A stretch of 64,000 nt of DNA, from assembly GCA_013265495.1 (NCBI GenBank), contig MU057951.1, positions 93,118 to 157,117 of the forward strand, read 5' to 3'. Within the stretch, counting starts at the first letter, position 1. The number at the start of each line of letters is the position of its first letter. The translations under genes and the position numbers were made by a program. Of this stretch, positions 1 to 14,092 are shown one piece after another. Source of the stretch: Vicugna vicugna. Its lineage: Eukaryota. The notes under the pieces were generated by a model. The model was not told where the DNA came from. It made no database searches and was given only the letters and a program-made list of their open reading frames with translations.

Positions 1-668
1 ACCATATAATCAAATAATCCCACTTGTGAGTGTATATCTGGAAAAAAACCCCTCTAATTTAACGATACATGCATCTACCCCAGTGTTTATAGCAGCATTC
101 TTTACAACACCCAAGAAAATGAAGCAACCTAAATACCCATCAAAAAATGACTGGATAAAGATGTTGTGGTTTATATATACAATGGAATATTACTCCTCCA
201 TAAAAAAGGATAAAATAATGCCATTTGCAGCAACATGGATTGACCTAGAGATTATCATAGTAAGTGAAGTAAGTCAGAAACAGAAGAAAAATACTATATA
301 TATATAATGTGTATATATATAACATATGTAGAATCTAAAAGAAATGACACAAGTGAACTTACATAAAAAGAAACAGATTCACAGACATAGAAAATAAGCA
401 TATGGTTACTGGGGGGAAAAGAGATGTGGAGAGACAACTTGGGAGTTCAGGATTTGCAGATACTAACCACTATATAAAAAACAGATAAATAACAATCTCC
501 TACTGTATAGAACAGGGAACTATATTCAATACCTTGTAATAGCTTATAGTGAAAAATAGTGTGATAATGAATATATATGTATGTATGTATAACTGAATCA
601 CTATGCTGTACACTAGAAATTAACACAGCATTGTAAACTGACTGTACATCAATTAAAAACAAAAAGAC
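1..668 (+). mobile_element. L1 3' end (ORF2 C-terminus, 3'UTR, A-rich tail), inserted in an older L1
   Basis: Translation [33 protein letters not shown] matches the L1 ORF2p C-terminus. It ends in AATTAAAAACAAAAAG. Confidence 0.85.
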
Positions 669-2135
669 AAAGCTACAAAGCTGGAAGTATCATGCTCCCT
701 GACTTCTGAATATAATTCATAGCTACAGTAATCAAAACAGCATGATACTGGCACAAATACAGACACACTGATTAACATAAGAAAATAGAAATCCCAGAAG
801 TAAAACCACACAATCTACAACAAAGGTGGCAAGAACCTAAAATGGAGACAGCATCTTCTACTAGTAGTGCTTGGAAAACTGGACAGTTTCCTGTGAAACA
901 ATAAGATTAGAGCATTACCTCACACTATACAAAAATTTAAAATGGATTAAACACCTAAATGTAAGACCTGAAACCAGAAAACTCCTAGAAGACAACATAG
1001 GGAGAACATTCTTGGATAAAAATTGTAGCAATAATTTGGATCTATCTCCTAAGGCAAAAGGAACAAAATAAAAAAAATAAAGAAATGAAACCTAATTAAA
1101 CTTAAAAGCTTTTGCACAGCAAAGAAAATCATTGACAAAACAAAAAAACAACCGACTGAATAACAAAAAAAATTTGCCAATGGCATGATTGTTAAGGATT
1201 TCAAATCTAAAATATATAAACAACTCATACAAATCAAAATTTTAAAAAACTGACTAAAAATGGACAGAAGACCTAAATAATTTTTAAAGAAGATATACAG
1301 ATTCCCAAAAAGCACATGAAACAATGCTCAAAGTTGCTAATTATCAAAAAATGTAAATTAAAACTATGACGAATTACCATCTCACATCTGTCTGAATAAC
1401 TTCATCAAAAATATCTACAAATAACAAATGTTGGTGAGGATGTGGAGAAAAGGGAAGCTTAATACTATGAGAGGGAATGAAAATTGGTACAGTCATTATG
1501 GAGATTATGATAAAATTTCTTCAAAAAGTTAAAAATAGAAGCACCATATGATCCTATAACCTCACTTTTGGGTATGTATCAAAAGGATATAAAATCAGTA
1601 TTTCAAAGGTATATCTGTATGCCCATATTTATAGCAGCATTATTTACACTGGATGTGACATTGAAACAACCTAAGTGTCCATCAAGAGATGAATGATTAA
1701 AGAAGATATGCTATATATATATACACACACACATATACACACACACACACATATAATTATATTATCATGGTATAATGATATATTATAAAGATATAATTAT
1801 ATATATAATATATATAATGGAATATATTTCAACCTTTGAAAAGAAGTAAATCCAGCATTTGTAACAACTTGCAAATATAAATGAACTCAGGATATTATTT
1901 TACATGAAATAATACAGATAGAGCAAAATGAATACAGAATAAACTCACTTCTATGTAGAATAAAATTAAAAATACAAACCTCAACCTTATATTAACAGAG
2001 AATATAACAGGTGTTAAGAGCCTGAGTGGCTGGGGTAAAAGGGGAAATGGTGACAGTAGTTGAGTGGATTGTATGGTGGAAATTTAATAAGAAAGTAGAT
2101 TTCAAGATTTCAAAATTTCACCACACTTAAAAATG
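669..2135 (+). mobile_element. Older decayed L1: 3' part of ORF2 and 3'UTR
   Basis: aaagctggaagtatcatgctccctgacttc ([14 protein letters not shown]). ORF 871..1071 ENWTVSC..KWIKHLNVRPET. Many stops and frameshifts. Confidence 0.8.
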
Positions 2136-2145
2136 GTATCTTCAT

Positions 2146-3250
2146 AAGCTTTTGCAGTTCAAAGAAAACCATAAGCCAAAAAAAAAATGACAACCTATGG
2201 AATGGGAGAAAATACTTGCAAAAAATGAGACAGACAAGAGCTTAATTTTCAGAATATATAAAAAGCTTATACAACTTAATAACCAAAATAAACCCAATCC
2301 AAAAATGGGCAGAAGACCTAAACAAGCAATTATCCAATGAAGGCATTCAAATGGCCAATAAGTACATGAAAAATTGTTAAATATTTAATTTACATTTTTT
2401 GAGAATTTTCAGAGAAACACAAATCAAAACTGCAATGAGATATCATCTCACATCAGCCAGAATGGCCATCATTAAAAAATATACAAACAATAAATGATGG
2501 AGAGGCTGTGGAGAAAAGGGAACCCTCCTACATTGTTGGTAGGAATGTAGTTTGGTGTAGCCATTGTGTAAAACATTGTGGAGACTCCTCAAAAGTTTAA
2601 AAATAGACTTACCATAAGATCTGGCAATCCCACTCTTTAGCATATATCCAGAGGGAACCTTGATTCAAAAAGATACATGCACTCCAATGTTCATATCAGC
2701 ATTATTTACAATAGGCAAGACAAGGAAACAACCTAAATGTCCACTGACAGATGACTAGATTAAGATGTTGTAGTATATTTGTAGAAAGGAATACTATTTA
2801 GCCACAAAAATAATAAAATAATGCCATTTGCAGCAACATGGATGGACCTGTAGAATGTCATTCTCAGTGAAGTAAGCCAGAAAGAGATAAAAACCATATG
2901 ATAGCACTTACATGTGGAACCAAAAAAAAAAAGACAACTTATTTATAAAACAGAAACAGACTCACAGGCATAGAGAACAAATTTATGATTACTAAGGGGA
3001 GAAGAGGGTGGGAGGGGATAAATTGGGAGTTAGAGATGTGCATATACTACTATATATAAAATAGATAAACAAGCTTATACTTACTATATAGCACAGGGAA
3101 CTATATTCAATTTCTTGTAGTAACTTATGGTAAAAGGAATATGAAAATGAATATATGTATGTTCCTATATGACTGAAGTATTGTGCTGTACACCAGAAAT
3201 TGACACAACATTGTAAACTGACTATACTTCAAAAATATATTTAAAAAAGA
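2146..3250 (+). mobile_element. 5'-truncated L1 (ORF2 C-terminal region and 3'UTR)
   Basis: Colinear with about 33965-35050 of the intact element. Ends gactatacttcaaaaatatatttaaaaaag. Confidence 0.85.
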
Positions 3251-3269
3251 ATATGTTGAGGAGTAACAT

Positions 3270-4930
3270 CACCATCATGGTGGCACAAACTATTCCTTTC
3301 TTTTCTTTCCTTTTAAAACAACTAATTAGACATCCATAACCAACTAAATTACCTCTGCACATTAAAGCAAGGGACCCTGAAAATTTATACCCACCTGTGC
3401 ATCTGAAATAAAGAAAAAGGAAGTTAGTAAGATATGAGGATCCAAAAAAGTTAACAAACCTGTCCCACACCCACTTGGACCCGAATAGTGCAAAACTGGG
3501 CAGGTACCCACTGTTGAAAGAGAATTTGTTGAAATCCAGCATTCCAGATCAGAAATTTCCACATGCCATTGGGGTAGGATAGAGACATCACTGGACACAG
3601 CAGAGAGAGAGGAACTTGCTAAAATGATCTCTCCCTCCAGGGCCACACTGCATGAGGCTGGACTTTTGACAGACAGTGTGATCTCTCTGGGAGAGGAGGC
3701 AGAAAGCAGTGTCCTCTTCCAAAGAGGAAGTGAAAATGTGGATGTCTGCCTAGTTATCTCAGTTTTGTGGGTTGTGGCTGGAGAAACATTTTTCTCCTAG
3801 CAGCACCTACTTTTCTTTGAAGGGACTTACATAACAAGGGGGAAAAAAAGAAAGGGAATGAAACAGATAAGAATACCAAACAGCATTAAAGGAATGTTTC
3901 CTGCTGCCTGATTTAGGACTCCAGCAGGAACTCTACCCACAAACTTCTGGTAGCACTCCTCTCAAGGATTCCCCCACCAGACTTGTGGACACCCCCTAAC
4001 TCCAAGGGCAAAATCCATATCATCCCCATTCTGCTACTGGCTCCCTATTTGTGTTCCCAAGTATCTCTGCAAAAACAACCTCTGATAGACAAAGGGGGAG
4101 CTCAGGTAATTGGTAAACATTGGTGGGCAAGGAAGAAAACATAGACTTGAGCTATAATGCCACCTTCTAGAATACAAAATGAAGGTTTCTAATAGTCAGA
4201 CCATTGAGTTATAAAATCCAAACAAGACATAAAACCTTAGTTAAAGAGGTTACTGCTACTTCAAATGCAAAAGCAGACTTGCATACCTACAAACTATGAA
4301 AAATCAAGGAAATACAGTATCACAAAAGAAAATTATATTTCTCTACAACCAAACTGAAAAGCAAGAATGTTGTGATCTAACTACCAAAGATTTCAAAATA
4401 GTTCTCATTTAGAAATTCAAAGTATTACAAAAAATCTTAGACAGACAATTCAATAAACTCTGAAATAAAATTAATGAACAGAATGAGTTCTTTACCAGAG
4501 AGATTGAAAATATAAAAAAACAAATTCTGGAGCTGAATAATTCAATGAATGATATTTTTAAAAATGCAGTAGAGAGCATCAGTTAGAGGGAAGATCAGGT
4601 GGAAGAAAGAATATGTGACTTGTAGAATAAGAATATAGAAATAATTCAGTTAGAAAGTGAGAGAGAAAAATGATTTTTTAAGTAAAGAAAACATAGAGAT
4701 ATCAGATTTGATAACAGAAAACAAATGTGAAAATAATTAGTATATCAGCAGGAGAAGACAAGGGATCAGTGGCAGACAATTTATTTAAACAAATATGAGC
4801 TGAGAACTGTCCAACCTTGGGGAAAGTTTTTGACATACAAGTCCATGAAAACAATAGAACAACTTACTATCTCAATGCAAAAAGAGCTTCTCCAAAACAC
4901 AATAGAAACTGTCAAAAATCAATGCTATAG
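3270..4930 (+). mobile_element. Old L1: probable 5'UTR and decayed ORF1
   Basis: From about 4296, atgaaaaatcaaggaaat...caaattctggagctgaataattcaatgaatga...gaagaaagaatatgtgacttg resembles the ORF1 coiled-coil region of older mammalian L1s. The upstream part is GC-richer. Confidence 0.6.
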
Positions 4931-4934
4931 ACAT

Positions 4935-6650
4935 ATACATATATATATACAGTCAATTTACAATGCTGGGTCAATTTCTGGTGTACAGCATAATGCTTCA
5001 GCCATACATGAAAATACATTTATTCATTTACATATTATTTTCACCATAAGTTACTACCACATATTGAATATGGTTTCCTGTGCTGTACAGTATGAACTTG
5101 TTTATCTATTTTATACACATTAGTCTCTTCAAATCTTGAACTCCCAATTTATCCCTTCCCACTCCTTTCCCACCCTAGTAACCACAAGTTTATTTTCTAT
5201 GTCTCTGGATCTGTTCTGTTTTGTAAATAAATTTGTTCAGCTTTTTATTTCTGGATTCCACATATAAGTGATAACATATGGTATTTTTCTTTCTCCCATC
5301 CATGTTTCTGAAAATGGTGTTATTTTATTTTTATGGCTGAGTAGAATTTCACTGTGTACATATACCACAACTTCTTTATCCAGTCATCTGTTGATAGACA
5401 TTTAGGTTGTTTCCATGTCTTGCCTATTGTAAATAGTGCTGCTATGAATATTGGGGTGCATATATCTTTTTGAATTAAGGTTCATTCTGGATATCTGCCC
5501 AGGAATAGGATTGCTAGAACATATGATAAGTCTATTTTTAGTCTTTTGAGGAATCTCCATACTGTTTTCCATAATGGCTGCACCAAAATACATTCCAAAC
5601 GCCAGTGGAGGAGGGTTCCATTTTTTCACAGCCTCTCCAGAATTTATCCTTTGTGGATTTATGAGTGATGGCCACTTCAACTGGTGTGAGGCAATACCTC
5701 GTGGTAGTTTTGATTTACACTTCTCTGACAATTAACCATATTGAGCATTTATTCATGTATTATTGGCCATTGTTTGTCTTCGTTGGAAAATTGCTTGTTT
5801 AGGTCTTTGGCTCATTTTTGGATTTTTTTTTTGGTTATTAATTTATATAAGCTTTTTATCTATTCTGGAATTAAGCCCTTGTCAGTCTCATTTTTGCAAA
5901 TACTTTCTTTCATTCCATAGGTTGATTTTTGTTTTGCTTATGGTTTCTTTTGTTGTGCAAAGGCCTATAAGTTTAGTTGTGTGCCATTCGTTTATTTTTG
6001 CTTTTGTGTCTATTGCCTGGGTAGACTGTCCTAGGAGAACATTGCTAAGATTTATGTCAGACAAAGTTTTGCCTATGTTTTCTTCTAAGAGATTTATAGT
6101 GTCTTGTCCTATGTTTAATTCTTTAAGCCGTTTTGAGTTAATTTTTGTGTATGGTGTGAAGGAGTATTCTAACTTCATAGATTTAAATGCATCTGCCCAG
6201 TTATCCCAGCAGCATTTGCTGAAGAGACTATCTTCACTCCATTGTATATTATTGACTCCATTGTCAAAAATTAATTGACCAGAAGTCTGTGGGTTTATTT
6301 ATGGGCTCTCTATTCTGTTCCATTCATCCATATGTCTGTTTTTTTGTACCAATACCATACTGTTTTGATTACTGCATCTCTGTAATAGTGTCTGAAGTTT
6401 GGAATGGTTATTCTTCCAGCATCATTCTTTTCCTTCAATATTGTTTTGGCAACTCTGGGTCTTTTATGATTCCATATGAATTTTTAGATTATTTGTTTGA
6501 GTTCTGTGAAAAAATGCCCTGAGTAATTTAATAAGGAGACCACATTAAATCTGTACATTGTTTTGGGTAGTATAGTCATTTTAACAATATTAATTCTTCC
6601 AATCCAAGAACATGGGCTATCTTTCCATTTCTTTAAGTCATCTTTGATTT
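4935..6650 (-). mobile_element. L1 3' portion (late ORF2 and 3'UTR)
   Basis: ORF 5888..6178(-) [39 protein letters not shown] is homologous to ORF2p. Confidence 0.9.
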
Positions 6651-6980
6651 CTTTTTTTTTTTTACTTTTTCAAATTTATTTTTAATTGAAGTATACTCAG
6701 TTACAAAGTGTCAATTTCTGGTGTATAACATAATGTCCAATTCATGCATGTATATGTATATTCATTTTCATATTGTTTTTTATTAAAGGTTATTACAAGA
6801 TGTTGAATATAGTTCCCTGTGCTATACAGAAATTTTTATCTATTTCTATAACTAGTGGTTAACATTTGCAAATCTCAAACTCCCAAATTTATCCCTTTCC
6901 ACTCCCTTTTCCTCAGTAACCATTAATTTATTTATTATGTCTGCAAGTCTGTTTCTGTTTTGTAGATGAGTTCATTAGAG
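6651..6980 (-). mobile_element. Short L1 3'UTR insertion with poly(A) tail (poly-T on +)
   Basis: T-run followed by ttgaagtatactcagttacaaagtgtcaatttctggtgta. Same subfamily 3' end as 7046-7360. Confidence 0.8.
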
Positions 6981-7045
6981 TTAAAGGTATACTTTTGAAT
7001 TCTCTGCAGCTATTCCATTACAACATTAGGAATTTGATAGCCATC

Positions 7046-10000
7046 TTTTTTTTTTAATTAAGTATCATCAGTTGCAATGTGTCAGTTTCTGGTGTACAAC
7101 ACAATGTCCCAGTCATGCATATGCATACATATATTCATTTTTATATTTTTCATTAAAAGTTATTACAAGTTATTGAACATAGTTCCCTGTGCTATACAGC
7201 AGAATCTTTTTAAAATCTATTTTTATATATAGTGGTTAACATTTGCAAATCTCAAACTCTCAAATTTTTCCCTTCCCAACCCCTTTCCCTGGTAACTGTA
7301 ATATTGTTTACTATGCCTGCAAGTCTGTTTCTGTTTTATAGATGAGTTTATGGTGCCCTATTAAATTTAAATTTTTTTTTGGATTCCACAAATGAGTGAT
7401 ACAATATGGTATTTTTGTTTCTCTTTCTGTCTTACTTCACTTAGAATGACTATCACTAGCTCCACCCATGTTGCTGCAAATGTTATTATTTTATTATTTT
7501 TATGGCTGAGTAGTAGTCCACTGTATAAATATACCACAACTTCTTTATCCAGTCACCTGTTGATGGACATTTAGGTTGTTTCCATGTATTGTCCACTGTA
7601 TATATTTTTGCTATGAACATTGGGGTTCATGTGTCTTTTTGAATTAGAGTTCCCTCTCCATATATGCCCAGAAGCGGGATTGCTGGATTTTATGTTGTCT
7701 ATTTTTAGTTTTTTTAGGAATCTCCATACTGATTTCCATAATGGTTGCAGCAAACTGCATTCCTACCAACAGTGTAGGTGTGTTCCCTTTATTTCCACAC
7801 CCTCTCTGGAATGTATCATTCGTGGATTTCTGAATGATGGCCATTCTCACTGGTGTGAGGTGATACCTTATTATAGTTTTCATACACATTTATCTGATAA
7901 TTAATGATATTGAACATTTTTTCATGTGCCTATTGGCCATTTGTATAGGTTCGTTAGAGAATTGCTTGTTTAGGTCTTTTTCCCATTTTTGGATTGTATT
8001 GTGTTTTTTTTGTTTTTGTTTTTGTTTTTGTTTTTTGCTATTAAGTTGTGTGAGCTGTTTATATACCCTGGATATTAAGCCATTGTCAGTCGCATCATTT
8101 ACAAATATTTTCTCCCATTCTGTATATTGTCATTTTGCTTTGTTTATAGTTTCTTTTGCTGTTCAAAAGTTTATAAGTTTAATGAGGTCCCATTTGTTTA
8201 TTTTTACTCCAGTTTCTATTGCCTGGGTACACTGCCCTAGGAGAACATTGCTAAGATTTTCCCCAGATATTTTGCATATGTTTTCTTCTATGAAATTTAT
8301 CATGTCTTATTCTCATATATATATATATATATATATATACAAAGTACAGTTGGTTACATGTCTTGTCTTATATTTAAGTCTTTAAGCTATTTTGAGTTTA
8401 TTTTTGTGTATAGAGTGAGAGAGTGTTCTAACTCCATTGATTTATATGCTGCTATGCAGTTTTCCCAACAACACTTGCTGAAGAGATTATCTTTGCTCTA
8501 TTTTATATTCTTGCCTCCTTTGTTAAAATTTAATTGGCCATAGGCTTGTGGGTTTATTTCTGGGTTCTCTATTTTGTTCCTTTGATCCATATGTCTGTTT
8601 TTATGTCAGTACCATGCTGTTCTGATTACTGTAGCTCTGTAGTATGTCTTACATCTTGAAGGATCATTCTTCCAGCTTTGTTCTTTTACTTCATTGATGC
8701 TTTGACAATTATGGGTCTTTTGTTATTCCATATAAATTTTAGGATTAATTTTCCTAGTTCTGTGAAAAATGTCCTGGGTACTTTGATAGGGACCACATTA
8801 AACCTGTAGATGGTCTTCAGCAGTATGCTCATTTTAATGGCATTGATTCTTCCAATCCAGGAGCATTGGATTTCTTTCCATTTTTAAGTCATCTTTAGTT
8901 TCCTTAATTAATGCTTTGTAGTTATTCATGTATAAGTGTTTCAACTCTTTGATCAGATTTATTCCTATGTATTTGGTTGTTTTGAATGTCATTTTAAAAG
9001 GGATTGTTTCTTCACTTTCCTTTCCTCCTAATTCATTGTTAGTGTGAAGAAATGCAATTGATTTTTGTAAGTTAACCTTGTATCTTGCTGAATTTTTTTA
9101 TTAGCTTTAGTAGTTTTTCTGTGGAAAATTTGGTGTTTTCTATAAATAGTATCATATCATCCTTATATAGTGACAATTTTAATTATCTTCCAATTTGATC
9201 CCTTTTATCTTTTTCTTGCCTGATTTCTGTGGCTAGGAGTTCCAGTAGTATGCTGAATAATATTGGTAAGTGTACGCATCTTCATCTTGTTCCAGATTTT
9301 AGTGGGAAGGTTTTCAGGTTTTCACCACTGAGTATTATGTTGGCTGTAAGTTTGACATAAATAGCTTTTATTATGTTGAGATATGTTTCCTCTATACTCA
9401 CTTTGGTGGGAGTTTTTAATCATAAATTGGTGTTGAATTGTACAAATGCTTTTTCTGCATCTGTTGAGATGATCATGTGATTGTTTCCTTTCTCTTGTTG
9501 ATGTCATTTATCCCGCTGGCTGATTTGCATACGTTGAAACATCTTTGTGTCCCTGAGATGAACCTAACTTGTTCATGGTGTATAATCTTTTTTGTGTGTT
9601 GTTGGATTCTATTTGTTAATATTTTGCTGAAGATTTTGCATATATTTTAATCAATGACAATGGCCTATAGTTTTCTTTTTTGGTAGTGTTTTTGTCTGCC
9701 TTTGGTATCAGTGTGATGTGGCTTTACTGAATGAGTTTGGAAGTGTTCCCTTCTCTTCAATCTTTTGGAAGAGTTTGAGAAGGACTGCTGGGAGTTCTTT
9801 GTATGTTTGATAAAAAACCACAGTGAAGCCATCTGGTCCTGGACTTTTATTTATAAGGAGGTTTTTATTGCTGATTCTATTTCACTTCTAGTGATTGATA
9901 TATTCAAATGATCTATTTCTTCTTGATTCAGTTTTGGTAGACTGTATATTTCTAGAAACTTGTCCATTTCTTCTAATTTATACAATTTATTGCCATATTG

Positions 10001-11460
10001 TTGTTCATAGTATTCTTTTCTGATTGTTTGTATTTCTGTGATGTTGGTTGTAATTTCTCCATTTTCATTTCTTATTTTGTTTATTTGTGTCCTCTCTCTT
10101 CTTCTTGATGAGCCTGGCTAGAAGTTTGTCAATTTTGTTTACTCTTTCAAGAAACTAGCTCTCGCTTTGATTGATTGTTCCAATGTTTTAATCTCTATTT
10201 TATTTATTTCCTCCATAATCTTTATCATTTCTTTCCCTATGTTGTGTTTCGGTTTTCTTTTTTCTTCTTTTTCTAATTCTTTTAGGTGGTAGGTTAGGTT
10301 GTTCATTTGAGATTGTTCTTGTTTTCTGAGAAAGGCCTCTATCCCTAAGAACTTCCCTCTTACCACTGATTTTGCTGCATCCATAAATTTTGTGTGGTTG
10401 TGTTTTCACTGTCATTTGTCTCAAAGTATTTTTTAATTTCTTCTTTGATTTCATCCTTGACCCATTGGTTTTTTAGCTGCATGTTATTTAGTCTCCATGC
10501 CATCTTTTTTTTTCATTCATTTTTCTGTGTTTGATTTCTAGTGTTATGTCATTGTCATCAGAGAAGAGGCTTGAAATAATTTCTACCATCTTAAATTTAT
10601 TCAGGCTTCTTTTGTGCCTTAGTATGTGATCTATCCTAGATAAGTTCCATGTGCACTTGAAAATAATGTATATTCTGTTTGGGGGATGTAATGTCATAAA
10701 AATATCAACCAAGACCAACTGTTCTACTGGGTCAATTAGTGTTTCCATTGCCTTATTGATTTTCTGTCTAGAAGACATCTCATATGATGTTATGGGGTTT
10801 TATTGTTTCCTATTATTATTGTATTCTCATAATTTTCTCCCTTATGTCTGTTAATATTTGTTTTATATATTTAGATGCTCCTAAATTGGATGTATATGTT
10901 AATAAGTGTATTATCTTCATTTTGTATTCCTCCTTTAATCATTACATAAGGTCCTTTTTATCTTTCTTTATAACCTTTATTTTAAGGTCTATATTGTCTG
11001 ATATGAGAATTGCTATTCCTGCTATCTTATCACTTTCATTTGCATGAAATTCCTTTTTCCATTCTCTCACTGTCAATGTATATGAGTCCTTCACTCTAAA
11101 GTGGATCTCTTGTAGGCAGCATATTGTACACTTTTGCTTTATTATCCAATCTGCAATTTTACATCTTTTGAATGGAGCATTTAGTCCATTGACATTTACA
11201 GTAATTCTTGGTAGATGTGTTTATTGTAATTTTGATCATTGTTTTCCAGTTGACTTAGTATTTCTTCTTTGTTCCATTCTTTTCCTTTTTGTTTTTCTTT
11301 TTGTGGTTTGATAATTTTCTTTTGTATTAGCTTGGTTTCTTTTTGGTTTTTCTGATTCTATGGTATGCTTTTGATTTGTGATTTTCCTGTTTTATCAAGT
11401 ATGTTAACCTCTTACTCTATCCATTTGATTTAGACTACTAGTCATGTAGGCTCAAACACA
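7046..11460 (-). mobile_element. L1 part of the U6/L1 chimera: end of inter-ORF spacer, whole decayed ORF2, 3'UTR, poly(A)
   Basis: Continuous homology to about 30726-35050 of the intact L1, including the EN fragment [21 protein letters not shown] (10488..10778). The ORF2 ATG near 11230 is mutated. Confidence 0.9.
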
Positions 11461-11566
11461 AAAATTTGGAACCTTTCATGAAGAAATCTGTTATACTTTC
11501 ACAGGGGCCTTGCTAAACTTCTCTGCATCATTCCAGTTTTAGTATATGTGCTGCCAAAGAAAGAAT
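11461..11566 (-). pseudogene. RNU6 (pseudogene): Full-length U6 snRNA retropseudogene
   Basis: Minus strand reads ATTCTTTCTTTGGCAGCACATATACTAAAACTGGAATGATGCAGAGAAGTTTAGCAAGGCCCCTGTG...GTTCCAAATTTT. Ungapped 106-nt manual alignment to vertebrate U6 as I recall it gives about 24 mismatches (~77%). The ACAGAGA box is mutated to GCAGAGA. Confidence 0.93.
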
Positions 11567-12270
11567 GCCATAGACTTTTTGTTTGACAATTTTTTTCTCT
11601 TAGAGCTTTGAATATCTTACCCAACTGTCTTCCAGCCTCAATAATTTTGAATGGCATATCATTTGTTATTACTGAGGATTCTTCATGTAAGATGAGTCAC
11701 AATTCTCTTTCTGTATTCAAGGTATTTCTTTATCTTTGTGTTTTCATAATTTGCTTATGATGTGATCTAAGTGTGGATTCGCTATTCTACTTGAAATTCA
11801 TTAAGCTTTGTGGATGTGTAAATTAATGTTTTTCATCATATGTGGCAAGATTTTGGTCATTTTTTTCAAATTTTCTTTCTGCCTCTTTCACTCTCTCTTC
11901 TCTTATTTAGATTCCAACTATACAGTTTTTGATGTGCTTGATTTTTTTCACAAGTCTCTGATGCAATGTCATTTTTTCATTCTATTTATCTTCTGTTCCT
12001 CAGAACAATATCATTGACAAACATTTGAGTTTACAGATTCTTTATTCTGCCTGATCATACCTGCTATTCAGTCTCTGTGTTTTTTTTTTATTTCAGTTAT
12101 TGTAACTTTTATCTTTGGAATTTATTTTTTGTTGTTGTTGTTTCTTTTTTATTTATATATTTCATTTATATTATCTATCTGGTAAAACATCATTCCCACA
12201 CTTTAATTTGGTAAATGTGGTTTTCTCTAGTTCTATGAAATACTTGAAGTAATTGAGTTAAATAACTCAT
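11567..12270 (-). mobile_element. Ancient L1 ORF1 fragment
   Basis: agctttgaatatcttacccaactgtcttccagcctc...gaggattcttcatgtaagatgagtcac is typical antisense L1M ORF1 sequence. Confidence 0.65.
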
Positions 12271-12819
12271 TAATTTTGTACTATCCATGGAACTTGTCTA
12301 AAAAAATTTCTACTAGGATTTTGAAAAGCTGACTAAAAGATTTCACTCATTTCTTCTTCCTTAATTCATTGGAATTCTTCAATAAGGAGTAGCTGTTTCT
12401 CTTCTCTGATTTATTTATTCAATGATGTTTTCAATATCAGTATGGACTCATGGATACTGATTTTATTCTTTAGATTATGATCCATATTATTCTCATTTGT
12501 TTTATTACTCAAATTGTTTGAGGTTTGACTATTAGAATTTCTTTTATGTTGGCTCCTTTATCTTTTAAAATGTCTTTCTTCTTTTCTATATGCATTTCTT
12601 ACTTCTTGCTTTTTATCATAAGGTTAATGTCTCACATGGCTATATGCTCCAGGTTTATCTATTTGCATAGCAGTATATGTAGTATAAACCATTTCTGCAA
12701 GTGACATTTATGCTTTTTATATCTACTGAGGTTTTACTACCTTTAGATTCTCTCAGAGGACAGAACTACATGTATGCATTCTAACCCATGTATACATACA
12801 TATTTCTTTTCCATTGCTG

Positions 12820-14092
12820 ATTTAAAATTTTATTTTGGTAAGAACACTTAACTTGAGAGAAACCCTCTTAACAAATTCTAAATTTATCATACAGTATTAT
12901 TAACTATAGGCACACTATTATACAAAGAAAAATCTTTAGAAAATTTTCATCTTGTACAAGTGAAGTTTTATACCCATTGAAGACTAATTACCCACCTACC
13001 TGTCCCTGCAGACACTGCAAACCATGATCTTACTCTCTGACTCTATTAGTTTGACTATTTTAGATAACTTACATAATTGAAATCATGCAGTATTTTTCCT
13101 TATGTGACACAATTATTTCACTTAGCAAAATGTCTTCTTGATTCATTTAAGTGTTCACATATGGCAGGATTTTCTTCTTTTTAAGGGGTGGATAATATTA
13201 CATTATGTGTATATACCACATTTTCTTCTTTCATTCTTTTGTCAATGTGCATTTAGTTTGTTTCCACAACTTGGATATGTGAATATGTGAATAATGCTGC
13301 AGTGAATAAGGTTATGATACTAATTTCAATTCCTTGGAGGTATACATTTACTTTTTTATAAGATAATTTAAAAATATTATCCATTCTAACTGGTGTGAGG
13401 AGATAGCTAATTGTGGTTTTAACTTTAATTTATTTGATGATAAGTGATGTTGTGTATCTTCTCATATAACTGTTGACCATTTGTAAGTTTTATGTAAGGA
13501 AATATCCATTCAAATACTCTGCCCATTTGTTAATAAGTTACTTGTCTTGGGCTATTGACTTGTAGTTATTCCTTATATGTTTTTATATTAATTATTATAG
13601 TTATGATGGTTTATAGTATTGTAATTATTATTGTAATTGATCACCTATAGTTTGCACATACCATCTCCCAATGCATTGGTTGCTTTTTAAATTCTGTTTC
13701 ATGTTTCCTTTGCTTTATAGAAGGTTTTTAAGTTGATATAATTCCAATTGACTATTTTCTTCTGTGTTTCTAATATCATATGTAAGAAATTACTGCCTAC
13801 ACCAATGTCATGAAATATTTTCCATATATTTTATTCTAGGATTTTTCTAGCTTCAAAACTTGCTTATGTTAAACTCTTAATCTGTTTGAGTTGCTTTTGT
13901 GTAATGGTATAAAATAATGGTACAATTTATTCTTTTGCATGTAGATATCTATTTTTCTAGCACCATTTTTTCAGAGACTAACCATACTTCTCATGTATTC
14001 TTGGCACATTTATCAAAAAAAAACCTTATATGTGTGAGTTTATTCTGGTACTATTGGTAAATATGGCTGCTATTATGCCAGTAATATGCTGT
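12820..14092 (-). mobile_element. Old L1MA-like 3' end and late ORF2
   Basis: ggtaagaacacttaacttgagagaaaccctcttaacaaatt..., ccattctaactggtgtgaggagatagct. Confidence 0.75.

Noticed and set aside
5763..6278. Hydrophobic Phe/Leu/Cys-rich ORFs (e.g. 5763..6278, 7924..8385, 17460..17927, 20233..20778, 30813..31421, 33672..34232) that look like membrane proteins
   Set aside because: They are antisense frames of A-rich L1 ORF2 and recur in each copy for that reason. No independent gene evidence.
11461..11566. Functional U6 gene
   Set aside because: About 23% diverged, ACAGAGA box mutated, no recognisable upstream PSE/TATA (the flank is old L1), and fused to L1.
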